A stretch of DNA of 64,000 nt from Planctomycetota bacterium (lineage in GTDB: Bacteria; Planctomycetota; UBA8108; UBA1146), in the NCBI GenBank assembly GCA_965661685.1, contig CBFIET010000056.1, forward strand, positions 19,465 to 83,464, in the 5' to 3' direction. Below, piece after piece: positions 8,582 to 18,853 of the stretch (position 1 is the stretch's first letter; each line of letters opens with the position of its first letter). The notes beneath the pieces were generated by a model, which was not told where the DNA came from, did not search any database, and was given only the letters and a program-made list of their open reading frames with translations. Made by a program: the position numbers and the translations under genes.

Positions 8582-9400
8582 TCAATTCGGGATCTGAATC
8601 GTCGAACCGACAGGCATCGCATTGATGTTGCCGATGGTTCCCTCGTTGGCGGAAGCGATGTCGCGCCAGCGTTGCCCGGTGCCATAGAAGCGCTCCGACA
8701 GGGACCACAGCGTGTCGCCCTGGCGCAGTCGATAGGTATTGGCCCCGGCATCGAGGGCGGACAAGGTCTCGATGGGATCGGCGGCAGGAGGAATCGAAGT
8801 CACCTCGGCATCATCGATCTCATCCCACCCGGACATCTCGTCGATGGATGCGGTCTCCGGTGCGATCGCCTCCAGTTGTGCATACTCCGACGGGTCCGCT
8901 CCACCCAGTGGGATAGGAATCACCATCAACGGGTACAGGGTTCGTTCTCCGTTGACCTCTTCGTAACGCCAGAAGGGAAAGAACCAGTTGCCATGACTCT
9001 CTTCTCCGGCGCTGGTGAGGGCGCGACTCTCGGTCGTGCCGGCGATCCACAGGGGACCGGCACTGACTCGCTCACGAGCGACGGCAACCCCTTCGACCTG
9101 CTGGGTGGTGGTCATGTCGTAGGCGAGTAATCCGCCGAGTACTGCCATCCCTTGCTGATCCTCGCCTCGCGATTGCCAGGTTCCCGCTGCCATCGCTGCG
9201 ATGTCGGCGGGACCCACTGCCGAGTCGATCGGTTGATTGCGATCGGAGGGTGCGGTGGCGCAGCCGACGACACTGATCAGCACCGCAGCGATGAGCAGCG
9301 GCAGTGGCCACCTTCTCGAGGATGTCGAAGGAAGAATTCGGGATGAGCCACGGCAGAAGTCCGCCGTGGACCGGTGATGAAGTTGCTGTTTTCTGTGCAC
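8582..9400 (-). CDS. LysM-domain lipoprotein
   Basis: Lipobox-like ISVVGC; C-terminal LysM YRLRQGDTLWSLSERFYGTGQRWRDIASAN..GSTIQIP; true start probably downstream of 9400. Confidence 0.8.
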   Translation of the reverse strand: MHRKQQLHHRSTADFCRGSSRILPSTSSRRWPLPLLIAAVLISVVGCATAPSDRNQPIDSAVGPADIAAMAAGTWQSRGEDQQGMAVLGGLLAYDMTTTQQVEGVAVARERVSAGPLWIAGTTESRALTSAGEESHGNWFFPFWRYEEVNGERTLYPLMVIPIPLGGADPSEYAQLEAIAPETASIDEMSGWDEIDDAEVTSIPPAADPIETLSALDAGANTYRLRQGDTLWSLSERFYGTGQRWRDIASANEGTIGNINAMPVGSTIQIPN

Positions 9401-9445
9401 GAAGCGCCCCTTCCGGGGGGAGGAATCGCGCGGCGTACCCGGATG

Positions 9446-10837
9446 CTATGGAATTCGGACTTTTCTGGCAAGGCCAGCTGAGATCAACAGCAGAGGTGCG
9501 ATCAAAAGAACTGCTGCAGCCCAGTAGGGGGCCGAGGAGCCGATTTTCCAGTAGAGGACCGCAGCCAGCAGCGGGCCCACTGCCCGGGCCAGGCTTCCCA
9601 GCGATCGGAAACAGCCGAGCACCTCGCCCTGTTCATCCTCGGGTACGGCCAGGCTGACGATGGTCGACAGCATCGGCATCACCAGCGCGCCTCCCATCGA
9701 CAGCGGTAGCAGCGAGGCCCACAACTGCCATGTCTCCCGGGTCAGCGCGATGCCGATCAGTCCCGCCATCACCAGCAGGAATCCGATGATCGATGTGAGA
9801 TGGGCACCCCAGCGACGGGACAGGGGACGCGATAGACCTCCCTGGACCAGCGCCAGCACCAGACCGATGCCCACGAACATCCAGGCGATGTCGATGCTTT
9901 GCCAGTCGAATCGCTGGCGCACAAGGAAGGCGAGGGTGAACTCCATGCCGCTGAATCCGATGAGGAAGATCATGTTGGCCAGTTGCACCCTCTTGACCCC
10001 CTTGCCCCAGCGTCCGCCGAGGGTGATCTGCAGGCGAACGGGCCGGGGAGGATGACCCTCGGGGCGGGTTTCAGGTAGGCGTAGCCACACCCACAGAACG
10101 TTGATGAGCGACAGCAGCGCCACCCCGAAGGCCGCAGCGGAGAAGGAGTGAGTGCGGAACAGATCTCCCGGGGCGCCGGCGGAGAGATCCAGGAAACTGA
10201 GGGCCCCGCCGATGGCGGGGCCGATGATGAAGCCGAGACCAAACGCGGCACCGACCATTCCCATGCCCCGGGCGCGCTCCTGTCCCGGGGTCAGATCTGC
10301 CACCGCTGCGGTGGCGGCGGAGATGTTACCCCCGGCGATTCCGGCGAGGATTCGCGACAGCACCAGCAGGGTGAAGGAACCGCTGACCGCCCACAGAATT
10401 GCCGCAATCAGGTTGCCGCTGATGGTGACCAGCAACACCGGTCGACGACCGATGCGGTCGGAGAGACTTCCCCAGAAGGGGCTCAGCAGGAACTGCAGAA
10501 ACGAGTACAACGACCCGAGCACTCCGCCGAAGAGGGTGATCATGCGCGGGTCGCTGGCATCCAGTTCGGGGGAAAGAGATCGCAGAATCTCGAGACACCA
10601 CTCGAGCCCCGGGTCACCCCGATAGGAGTCGAGGATTGCCGGGAACAGCGGAAAGATGACGGAAAAGGCGACCAGGTCGATGAACAGGGTCAGGAGTATC
10701 GGTCCGAGTGGTGCACGCGCCGGGGGTTGTCGGGGATCCTCAGGAGCGGAGGATTCGTTTTCCTGGGGTGACAAGTACAACTCGTTTCCGTGGTTCCGTG
10801 GTTCTGTTGGTGAGGAGCAGGGTGCAACCACCCGCAT
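9446..10837 (-). CDS. MFS transporter, TetA/DHA1-like
   Basis: Motif A GSLSDRIGRRPVLL, motif C GLGFIIGPAIGG, about 12 TM; start uncertain. Confidence 0.9.
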   Translation of the reverse strand: MRVVAPCSSPTEPRNHGNELYLSPQENESSAPEDPRQPPARAPLGPILLTLFIDLVAFSVIFPLFPAILDSYRGDPGLEWCLEILRSLSPELDASDPRMITLFGGVLGSLYSFLQFLLSPFWGSLSDRIGRRPVLLVTISGNLIAAILWAVSGSFTLLVLSRILAGIAGGNISAATAAVADLTPGQERARGMGMVGAAFGLGFIIGPAIGGALSFLDLSAGAPGDLFRTHSFSAAAFGVALLSLINVLWVWLRLPETRPEGHPPRPVRLQITLGGRWGKGVKRVQLANMIFLIGFSGMEFTLAFLVRQRFDWQSIDIAWMFVGIGLVLALVQGGLSRPLSRRWGAHLTSIIGFLLVMAGLIGIALTRETWQLWASLLPLSMGGALVMPMLSTIVSLAVPEDEQGEVLGCFRSLGSLARAVGPLLAAVLYWKIGSSAPYWAAAVLLIAPLLLISAGLARKVRIP

Positions 10838-10994
10838 CTCGTCGGCGGGTGGCTCGGCAGTTTCCGCACCTCCCGCTGGCGAAGATCCTCGCCAGACAGA
10901 GTTCTCCGGTCAAGGGTGGCATGGGGGACTGGTCGAGAACGGTCCTCCCGTCTATCCTCTGAGGGATCACGCCGTCTGCGAGGGAGGACCGGGA

Positions 10995-12068
10995 ATGATG
11001 ACGTCCCGAAACAAATCTGAAGATGCCGGGGAACCGCGGCAGACCGCTCCGGGGGTCAACGGTCGAGAGGATCGCCTCGGTGACGAGCAGATCCGTCCCC
11101 AGCGACTCGAGGAGTTCATCGGCCAGCATGCCGTGGTGGATAATCTCCGGGTCTTCCTCGGCGCGGCCAGGGAGCGGGGCGAGTCCCTCGACCATGTGCT
11201 CCTCTCCGGCATGCCGGGTCTCGGCAAGACGACCCTGGCGAGCCTGGTCGCAGGTCACATGGAGGTCGGCTTTCGTGCCACCAGCGGTCCAGTCCTCGAG
11301 AAGGCCAAGGATCTGGTCGGGCTGCTGACGGAACTGGAGGAGGGGGACATCCTCTTCATCGATGAGGTGCATCGGATCAGTCGTGTCGTCGAGGAGTATC
11401 TCTACACGGCGATGGAAGATTTCCAGATCGACATCATCATCGATTCGGGACCCAATGCCCGATCGATGCGAATCCACCTTCCCCGATTCACCTTGATCGC
11501 CGCCACCACCAGGGAGGGCAATCTCACCGCTCCCTTCCGTGCGCGCTTCGGAATCCAGGAGAAACTGGAACCGTACAGCGATGATGAGATCGTCAAGGTG
11601 TTGCAGCGCAGTGCCCGCATCTTCAAGCTCGATCTGACCACAACAGGAGCGCAGGTGCTGTCAGGTCGTTGCCGTGGGACACCTCGCATCGCCAACCGCT
11701 ACCTGCGTCGCATACGAGATTTCGTTCAGGTACAGGGATTGAATCAGATCGATGGGGAAGCTGCGAGTTCCGCTCTCGATCGACTCGGGGTCGATCCCGA
11801 TGGACTCGATGCTCTCGACCGCAGGATCTTGCAGACGGTTGCTCGCGCCGGAGGACAGGCGGTCGGGATCAAGACCATCGCAGTGACTGTCGGAGAAGAG
11901 GAACGGACCATCGAGGATGTCCACGAACCGTACCTGATCCGCGCAGGATTTCTCACCAAGACTCCGCGGGGGCGGGTCCTCGGACCGAGGATGTCATCGG
12001 ACTCCTCCTCGACGAACCGGGAACAGTCTCACCTCGACCTGGAAAATGCCGGGGGAGATTCACGGTGA
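10995..12068 (+). CDS. ruvB: Holliday junction branch migration helicase RuvB
   Basis: IRPQRLEEFIGQ, Walker A GMPGLGKTT, LFIDEVHR, CRGTPRIAN, KTPRGR; SD GGGAGGA. Confidence 0.97.
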   Translation: MMTSRNKSEDAGEPRQTAPGVNGREDRLGDEQIRPQRLEEFIGQHAVVDNLRVFLGAARERGESLDHVLLSGMPGLGKTTLASLVAGHMEVGFRATSGPVLEKAKDLVGLLTELEEGDILFIDEVHRISRVVEEYLYTAMEDFQIDIIIDSGPNARSMRIHLPRFTLIAATTREGNLTAPFRARFGIQEKLEPYSDDEIVKVLQRSARIFKLDLTTTGAQVLSGRCRGTPRIANRYLRRIRDFVQVQGLNQIDGEAASSALDRLGVDPDGLDALDRRILQTVARAGGQAVGIKTIAVTVGEEERTIEDVHEPYLIRAGFLTKTPRGRVLGPRMSSDSSSTNREQSHLDLENAGGDSR

Positions 12069-13270
12069 TCGAGCGGCGCACACTGCTGTGGCTCGGCCTC
12101 CTCGGGGCAACGTATCTACTGTCGGTGCCATCGGTGCGAGTTCACTCCGCGTCGGTAGCCAGCGACCTGCTCAAGGAGCCGGTGGTGCGTATCCTGCTCA
12201 CCGAGGGAAGCTATCGTCTCGAGGTGATCTCCAGCGGGGGCCCGCTACGAATCGAATGGAGAGGTGCCCCGGGAAAACCGGCGGGTGCAGCGACCGTGCC
12301 ATCCCCGCTGCAGGTGATCGCCGGCGATCAGCGACTACAGGTGGGGGAACACATCTTCGACGTTCCGGTGAGGATTCGATCGCTCGACGGCGAGATGCAG
12401 ATCGGCGATCGCTATCACGATGGCTGGATCGTCTGGTCCCCCGATACAGAGTCGGGTGGCTGGCGGATGATCGAGTGGGTTCCGATGGAGCGATATCTTC
12501 TGGGGGTCGTTTCCCGGGAGATGTCCGCCAGTAGTTTCCCCGCAGCGGCACTGGAAGCACAGGCCATCGCCGCTCGCAGTTATGCCACCTTTCAGATCCA
12601 GGCACGGGGACCGAAGAGGGCGTATCACCTGAGGGGAGATCCCCGCAGCCAGGCTTACGGCGGAACCGCTCGCATCCCGCAGGAGATCAAGGATGCGGTG
12701 GAACGGACTCGAGGGTCGATCCTCTTCACCGATGGTCTGCTATTCGAAAGCTTCTACCACTCGACCTGTGGAGGGCAGACCTGTTCCGCTGCGGATGGAT
12801 TCGGCATCGGTGAGATCCGTTCGATGCCGAGCGTCCCCTGCGTCGGATGCAAGAATAGCCGCTTCTATCGCTGGTCCACGGATGTCGCTGCAAACAAGTT
12901 GCAAGATGCACTGAAGGATGTCTGTGACGGGATGGGGATTCGCATCGGCGAGATCGAGAAGATGACCGTGGTGCAACCGACCGCCTCGGGATATGTCTCC
13001 TACCTGCGTGTCGAGCATCGACTCGGATCGTTCGAGGTCGATGTGGCGAGGCTGCGCTCCGCCCTCGGTCGCCAGGGGATTCACGGACTTCGTTCCCCCA
13101 GTTTCGAGGTACAGTCGCTCGGTGACGCTTTTCGATTCAGCGGTCGAGGTTGGGGGCACGGTGTTGGAATGTGTCAGGTGGGTGCCAAGGGCTACGCCAA
13201 ACTGGGAGCCAACCGCACGTGGATTCTCGAACATTACTATCCGGGGGTGCAGATCCGGAGGGAGTGGTGA
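12065..13270 (+). CDS. SpoIID/LytB-domain peptidoglycan lytic enzyme
   Basis: ERYLLGVVSREM, ALEAQAIAARSYA, SQAYGG, FYHSTCGG, GWGHGVGMCQVGA, ILEHYYPG; GTGA overlap with ruvB. Confidence 0.9.
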   Translation: MIERRTLLWLGLLGATYLLSVPSVRVHSASVASDLLKEPVVRILLTEGSYRLEVISSGGPLRIEWRGAPGKPAGAATVPSPLQVIAGDQRLQVGEHIFDVPVRIRSLDGEMQIGDRYHDGWIVWSPDTESGGWRMIEWVPMERYLLGVVSREMSASSFPAAALEAQAIAARSYATFQIQARGPKRAYHLRGDPRSQAYGGTARIPQEIKDAVERTRGSILFTDGLLFESFYHSTCGGQTCSAADGFGIGEIRSMPSVPCVGCKNSRFYRWSTDVAANKLQDALKDVCDGMGIRIGEIEKMTVVQPTASGYVSYLRVEHRLGSFEVDVARLRSALGRQGIHGLRSPSFEVQSLGDAFRFSGRGWGHGVGMCQVGAKGYAKLGANRTWILEHYYPGVQIRREW

Positions 13271-14433
13271 ACGAGGAGATCAGGGCCACACATCCGATGC
13301 AGGAGGGGTTCTCCTTCCAGGTCGAGGAGGGCTCGCAGGGAGGTCCGAGGGCGGCGACCCTCACCACTCCGCGGGGAACCATCTCGACACCCGCCTTCAT
13401 GCCGGTGGGTACTCAGGGAAGCGTCAAGGGGGTCACCCCCGAGCAATTGCTGGCGGTGGGGTCGCAGATCATCCTCTCCAACACGTACCATCTGGCGGTG
13501 CGACCCGGTGCGGACACGGTGCGGGAACTGGGAGGGCTACACCAGTTGATGGGGTGGGATCGACCGATCCTCACCGATTCCGGCGGATTTCAGGTCTTCT
13601 CCCTGGGGCATCGCAACCGGATCGATGAACAGGGAGTTCAGTTCCGCAATCACATCGACGGAGATGCGCTGCTGTTGACTCCCGAATCGGTACTCGACAT
13701 CCAGGCGCGACTGGGCAGCACCATCGCCATGGTCCTGGATGAATGCCCCCCTTCAGGCATCGACCGCGATGCGGTGGCGAAGTCGCTGGCCCGAACCGAA
13801 CGATGGGCGATGCGATCGGTGGAACACCGTCAACGACTGGAACTGTTCGAGCCGATGGCAATGTTCGGCATCTTGCAGGGAGGGGTCGAGGAGGACCTGC
13901 GCATCGAAGGAGCTCAACGATTGCGGGAACTTCCCTTCGACGGATATGCCGTAGGTGGGGTCAGCGTCGGGGAAGAGCGGGAGACGATGCTTGAAACCAT
14001 CTCGATGGGAGCACGCCATCTCCCCATCGATCGTCCCCGCTACCTGATGGGTGTGGGGGGACTGGAGGAGTTCCTGGTCGCCGTCGAGTCCGGCATCGAT
14101 CTGTTCGATTGCGTGATCCCGACCCGAAACGCCCGCAATGCCACCCTGTTCCTCTCCGATGGATCGACCCTCAACATGCGCAAGGCGATCCATCGGCGCG
14201 ATCGCTCGCCGGTGGAAGAGGGTTGCGATTGTCCCGCCTGTGAGCGCTTCAGTCGTGGAACCCTCCATCATCTCTATCAGCGCAAGGAGATGCTGGCCTG
14301 CACCCTCGGTTCCCTGCACAACCTACGGGTCTTTCATCGATTCCTCGAAAGGGCTCGTCAGGCGGTGCTGGAGGGGTCCTGGCAGCAGTTTCGTGCCTCC
14401 TTTCGGGACCGATTCCGACCCCGGTCCGGTTGA
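13267..14433 (+). CDS. tgt: Queuine tRNA-ribosyltransferase
   Basis: TPAFMPVGT, ILTDSGGFQVFSL, RPRYLMGVG, DLFDCVIPTRNAR, Zn site CDCPAC..HN. Confidence 0.97.
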   Translation: MNEEIRATHPMQEGFSFQVEEGSQGGPRAATLTTPRGTISTPAFMPVGTQGSVKGVTPEQLLAVGSQIILSNTYHLAVRPGADTVRELGGLHQLMGWDRPILTDSGGFQVFSLGHRNRIDEQGVQFRNHIDGDALLLTPESVLDIQARLGSTIAMVLDECPPSGIDRDAVAKSLARTERWAMRSVEHRQRLELFEPMAMFGILQGGVEEDLRIEGAQRLRELPFDGYAVGGVSVGEERETMLETISMGARHLPIDRPRYLMGVGGLEEFLVAVESGIDLFDCVIPTRNARNATLFLSDGSTLNMRKAIHRRDRSPVEEGCDCPACERFSRGTLHHLYQRKEMLACTLGSLHNLRVFHRFLERARQAVLEGSWQQFRASFRDRFRPRSG

Positions 14434-14553
14434 ATACTCGGTGACAGTCCACTAAGATTCGCAACTTCGCATGAATTCGCATCTTGTGTGCGATTTCGGG
14501 ATTTATCTGGTGTTCCAGGGCGTTTCTCGTGGCAACGATCGAAACCGCCTCGG

Positions 14554-14605
14554 CGCATCGAACGGAACCGCATCGAACGGAACCGCATCGAACGGAACCG
14601 CATCG
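14554..14605 (+). repeat. Tandem repeat, 15-bp unit CGCATCGAACGGAAC x3.5
   Basis: Three exact copies at 14554, 14569, 14584 plus a partial, ending 14 bp before the yajC ATG. Confidence 0.95.
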
Positions 14606-14618
14606 GAAAGGGATCGAA

Positions 14619-15008
14619 ATGAAGGCAGCGTTGTTGATGCTCCTGCAGGCGGGGGAAGTCCCGGCAGTGGCAGGCGAGTCATCGGGCCAATCGCCGGGAT
14701 TCATCGATATGTTGCCGATGTTTCTGATGATGGGCCTGGTCTTCTACTTCATGTTGATCCGCCCTCAGAAGCGTCAGGCGAAGGAACAAGAGCAGATGCT
14801 GGCCGGGATCAGCAAGCACGATCAGGTCAGAACCGCAGGAGGCATCATCGGCAAGGTTGCCCAGGTCGACACCGACAAGCAGATCGTGGTGCTGACCATC
14901 GATGATTCGAAAAATGTACGGATGCGAGTGGCGATACAGTCGATCGCAGCGGTACTCACCAAAGAAGAGAGCCTTTCCACGATGAAGGAAGAGGACGCGA
15001 TCAAATGA
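14619..15008 (+). CDS. yajC: Preprotein translocase subunit YajC
   Basis: FYFMLIRPQKRQ, DQVRTAGGIIGKV; tgt-yajC-secDF synteny. Confidence 0.93.
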   Translation: MKAALLMLLQAGEVPAVAGESSGQSPGFIDMLPMFLMMGLVFYFMLIRPQKRQAKEQEQMLAGISKHDQVRTAGGIIGKVAQVDTDKQIVVLTIDDSKNVRMRVAIQSIAAVLTKEESLSTMKEEDAIK

Positions 15009-17725
15009 GGATGTACTTTTTTACAAGATTCACACTTCTTGCACTGCTGGTGGCAGGCTGTCTCTTCTCGTTGCGAGATTATCAGTCCGACATCAAGAAG
15101 GGCATCGATCTGGAGGGGGGAACAGAACTCCTCTACGAGATTCCCCTGGAAGATGTTCCATCGGCTCAGAGATCGAGCGTCGCTGCCGATGTGAAGGACG
15201 TGATCGCCCGTCGATTTGATAGCTACGGTCTCAAGGAGATCAGCGTCGCCATCGCCGGATCCAATCGGTTGCAGATCCAGTTGCCCGGATTCGACAACGA
15301 GGAACTGGAGCGACTGAAGGGGCAGATCGAGAAGGCTGGAGAACTCAACATCCACCTCGTCTCGGCGGCGGAGTACTCCACGCAGGTGGTGATCACCGAG
15401 ATCGAGGCTGCCATGGTTACCCGCCAGCAGGCGGTGGTTGCCTACAACTCGTTACCCGCCGATCAGCAGGACCCCGAGGCGTTCCCGAAGGAACTCGATC
15501 GACTCGTCGTCTACAGGTCTGCCGGTGTCGACGGGGTTCGAGGTCAACCGGTGGTGGTGGAGAATGGCAAGGGACTGAAGGTCTCCGGCTCGTACATCCA
15601 GTCCGCTCAGAGCACCTTCGATCAACAGGGTGGCCCGGCGGTGGGCTTCACCTTTGGCGGAGCAGGCAGCACCCTGTTCGGGAACCTGACCGGTGAGAAC
15701 ATCAACAGCAGTCTCGCCATCGTACTCGATGGAGTTGCCGTGAGCGTGGCGACCATCAATGACGCCATCTACAGCACGGGAATCATCAGCGGTAGTTTTA
15801 CCAATGATGAAGTCGCTGACATCGTCACCATGCTGCGTGCCGGATCGTTGCCGACGAAGCCGGTACTCAAGAGCCAGCAGACGGTGGGATCGGTCCTCGG
15901 TAAGGAATCGATCGATCGAGGAACACAGTCGATGGTGGTCGGTTTCTTGCTGGTGGTCGTGTTCATGTTGATCTTCTACCGTGCCGCAGGCCTGGTGGCG
16001 AACCTGTCTCTGATGCTGAACCTGCTACTGGTCCTCACCTTGCTGGTGATCTTCCGCAACACCCTGACCTTCCCCGGAATGGCAGGATTGCTGTTGACGG
16101 TGGGTATGGCGGTCGATGCCAACATCCTCATCTTCGAGCGAATTCGTGAGGAACGAGATCGAGGCAAGGAATTGCCAGCGGCGTTCAAGGCCGGCTTCCA
16201 GAGGGCTTTCTGGACCATCTTCGACGCCAACCTGACCACACTGATCACGGCATTCATGCTGTTCCAGTTCGGTACCGGTGCGGTCAAGGGCTTCGCCATC
16301 GTCCTCTCCATCGGAATCTTTACCTCCTTCTTCTGCTCCATCTTTGTCAGTCGTCTTCTGATCTCGATGTTGATCCACTCCGGTGCGGTCAAAGAACTGT
16401 CGATGACACGACTGATCTCCAAGACCCGCATCGATTTCATGTCGAGGAGAGGGATCGCTCGAACCGCCTCCATCGTGCTGGTACTGGCGGGTATGACCTT
16501 CCTGGTCTGGCGTGGTGGACAGGCGATGGGAATCGACTTCACCGGTGGAACCAAGCTGGCAGTGAACCTGTCACAACCGACCTCCGAGGCGCTGCTTCGC
16601 GAGAAGATGGACATACTCGCCAACGAATCGAGTTCGCTGCGCTTCGAGGATTTACAGATCCAGGTTCTCGGAACCGCCGCTGAGGCTGGGGCCACTCGCT
16701 ACTCGTTGAAGACGAAGACCCTCGGTTCTGGAACAGAGGAGACCGAGGCGTTCAAGGATGCCGTGGAGGCACTGCTCCGATCGGAAGGCCTGCTGGCGCC
16801 CAACGGCATCAGCGAGGTTCGCATCGAGAAGATCGCAGGGGTGGACGGTGCGGCCGACACCCATCAGATGGTGGCGACCCTCAACGCAGTGCGGGGAGTG
16901 GGGGATGCGGCGCAGGCCGGTCTCACTGCCAGCAAGGTGGAGCAGGACATTCTCGCCAGTGGTTTCCCGGTGGCAGGAGTCACCGAGATCAGTGAGAGTG
17001 CCGGCATCGTCAGCTTCGAACTGCGCAGTGAGGCGCAGGCCGATAGCACCAGTGCCCTGGCGCTGCAGGGAGAGTTGACCCGCAAGTTGAGCACCTTCGA
17101 GGAGATCGATTTTTCCGAGCCATTCCCCGAGTTCAGCAGCATCGGCGGCAAGGTCGCTCAGGATATGCAGGGCAAGACCTTCGTGGCCCTGATGATCAGT
17201 TTCTTCGCCATCGTCTTCTACATCAGCATCCGCTTCGAACTGATCTTTGGTCTGGCGGCAATCGTCGCGCTCTTGCACGACATCCTCTTCACGCTCGGTG
17301 CCCTGGCGGTGGGAGATTTCCTCCTCGGGGACATGTTGAGCCTGAAGATCAACCTGCCGGTGGTGGCGGCACTGCTGACCGTGGTGGGATACTCCCTCAA
17401 CGACACCATCGTGATCTTCGACCGGATCCGTGAAAATCTGGTGGATGCGCGACGAGATGTTAACTATCCCGATATTGTCAACCAATCGATCAATCAGACC
17501 CTCGCAAGGACCCTGCTGACCTCGATGACCACCTTCCTGGTGGTGGCCATCCTGCTTTCATACGGCGGGGAAGGGCTTCACGCCTTCGCCTTCGCCCTTT
17601 GCGTCGGGGTGCTGGTGGGAACCTATTCATCGATCTTCGTGGCGAGCCCGACACTGATCCACTTGCAGGAGAAGGCACGGATTCGCAAGGAACAGGTGAT
17701 CGCCGAGGCTGCGATCAAGAAGTGA
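15005..17725 (+). CDS. secDF: Fused protein translocase subunit SecD/SecF
   Basis: GIDLEGG, LRAGSLP, GMAVDANILIFERIREE, GIDFTGG, GYSLNDTIVIFDRIRE, LVGTYSSIF. Confidence 0.97.
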   Translation: MRMYFFTRFTLLALLVAGCLFSLRDYQSDIKKGIDLEGGTELLYEIPLEDVPSAQRSSVAADVKDVIARRFDSYGLKEISVAIAGSNRLQIQLPGFDNEELERLKGQIEKAGELNIHLVSAAEYSTQVVITEIEAAMVTRQQAVVAYNSLPADQQDPEAFPKELDRLVVYRSAGVDGVRGQPVVVENGKGLKVSGSYIQSAQSTFDQQGGPAVGFTFGGAGSTLFGNLTGENINSSLAIVLDGVAVSVATINDAIYSTGIISGSFTNDEVADIVTMLRAGSLPTKPVLKSQQTVGSVLGKESIDRGTQSMVVGFLLVVVFMLIFYRAAGLVANLSLMLNLLLVLTLLVIFRNTLTFPGMAGLLLTVGMAVDANILIFERIREERDRGKELPAAFKAGFQRAFWTIFDANLTTLITAFMLFQFGTGAVKGFAIVLSIGIFTSFFCSIFVSRLLISMLIHSGAVKELSMTRLISKTRIDFMSRRGIARTASIVLVLAGMTFLVWRGGQAMGIDFTGGTKLAVNLSQPTSEALLREKMDILANESSSLRFEDLQIQVLGTAAEAGATRYSLKTKTLGSGTEETEAFKDAVEALLRSEGLLAPNGISEVRIEKIAGVDGAADTHQMVATLNAVRGVGDAAQAGLTASKVEQDILASGFPVAGVTEISESAGIVSFELRSEAQADSTSALALQGELTRKLSTFEEIDFSEPFPEFSSIGGKVAQDMQGKTFVALMISFFAIVFYISIRFELIFGLAAIVALLHDILFTLGALAVGDFLLGDMLSLKINLPVVAALLTVVGYSLNDTIVIFDRIRENLVDARRDVNYPDIVNQSINQTLARTLLTSMTTFLVVAILLSYGGEGLHAFAFALCVGVLVGTYSSIFVASPTLIHLQEKARIRKEQVIAEAAIKK

Positions 17726-17747
17726 TAGGACCTCCGAGGTTGTCCGG

Positions 17748-17785
17748 GAGAGGGGGGGCGGTTGCCAGCAACCGCCCCCCCTCTC
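17748..17785 (+). terminator. GC-rich hairpin after secDF (terminator or RNA-stabilising stem)
   Basis: Perfect 17-bp stem GAGAGGGGGGGCGGTTG-ccag-CAACCGCCCCCCCTCTC; weak U tract. Confidence 0.6.
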
Positions 17786-17932
17786 TTGCATCCAGCAGAG
17801 AACCGACGGAAGGTCGCTAGATCCTGCTCTCCGTTCAGGTTATCTTCGCCCCCGACGGTGGGGAGTTGATCCCCGCGGACAAACATCATCCCACCTCGGG
17901 GAAGCGAGAACCGCACTGGATCTCGCGAGGGA

Positions 17933-18784
17933 ATGGGGGTCTCCATGGGTACGGGAACGAAAATCGGCATCATCCTCATCTTGGTGCTGGTCGTTGTAGT
18001 CATCGCCAAGTTACTCGATAGCGAGGTTCAGAGCGGTCCCACCGCTGCGGAGCAGGTGACCGGTGTGTCCGGATCCAGTTCCGTGGGCAACCGAGTTGGT
18101 GAGACGGGACGTACCACCAACGTGGGGGAGAGGTCTACACCGATCCGTAGACCGGTCGTGGTAAAGACCCCCGATCCCGACAGAAAGCTCCCGGCGGTTG
18201 GCTCCCAGTCTCCTCTTGCCGGTCCCAGAAATGCACCACAAGTCGATCAGGCAGCTACCCGTAACGCCGTCGCCAAGGTCGACGAGGCGGAAGTGACCAC
18301 GGCGACCGGCGTGATTCGATCTGCAAGTGGCATCGAGCCGGTGGCGGTTGCCGTCAAGCCGGAACCGGAGCCAGTGGTTCCCGTCGTCCAGCAGAAGCCG
18401 AAGACCCGCGAGGTCACCGTCGCCAGCGGCGATAGTTTGTGGGTGATCGCCAGTCGTGAACTGGGATCGGGATTGGAGTGGCCCCGTCTTCTCGAGGTCA
18501 ATCCGGGCCTGACGGAGGGATCGACTCTGAGGGTGGGACGCAAGATCAAGATTCCAGGAGATTTCGCCAGGGCGGTCGCCAGCAGTAATGTCAGTCGATC
18601 CGATCGAGTTGCGGCTCCCTCCGCTGGAAATCGTCAGGTGACGGTTCGTGAGGGAGACACCCTCTACAACATCGCCAGGGATGAACTGGGTAACGGGGGC
18701 CGCTGGCTAGAGATCAAGAAGTTGAATGCGGGACTCGATGAAAGTGCTCTGCCAGTGGGTAAAAAGATCTGGCTTCCTCGCTAG
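17933..18784 (+). CDS. Membrane-anchored protein with two LysM domains
   Basis: N-terminal TM; VTVASGDSLWVIASRELG and VTVREGDTLYNIARDELG LysM repeats. Confidence 0.88.
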   Translation: MGVSMGTGTKIGIILILVLVVVVIAKLLDSEVQSGPTAAEQVTGVSGSSSVGNRVGETGRTTNVGERSTPIRRPVVVKTPDPDRKLPAVGSQSPLAGPRNAPQVDQAATRNAVAKVDEAEVTTATGVIRSASGIEPVAVAVKPEPEPVVPVVQQKPKTREVTVASGDSLWVIASRELGSGLEWPRLLEVNPGLTEGSTLRVGRKIKIPGDFARAVASSNVSRSDRVAAPSAGNRQVTVREGDTLYNIARDELGNGGRWLEIKKLNAGLDESALPVGKKIWLPR

Positions 18785-18853
18785 CAGCACACGGATTCGC
18801 AAATCCCTGGATCTCTTCAGCGGATGCGGTGCATCGGTTCCCCGATCGACGCT

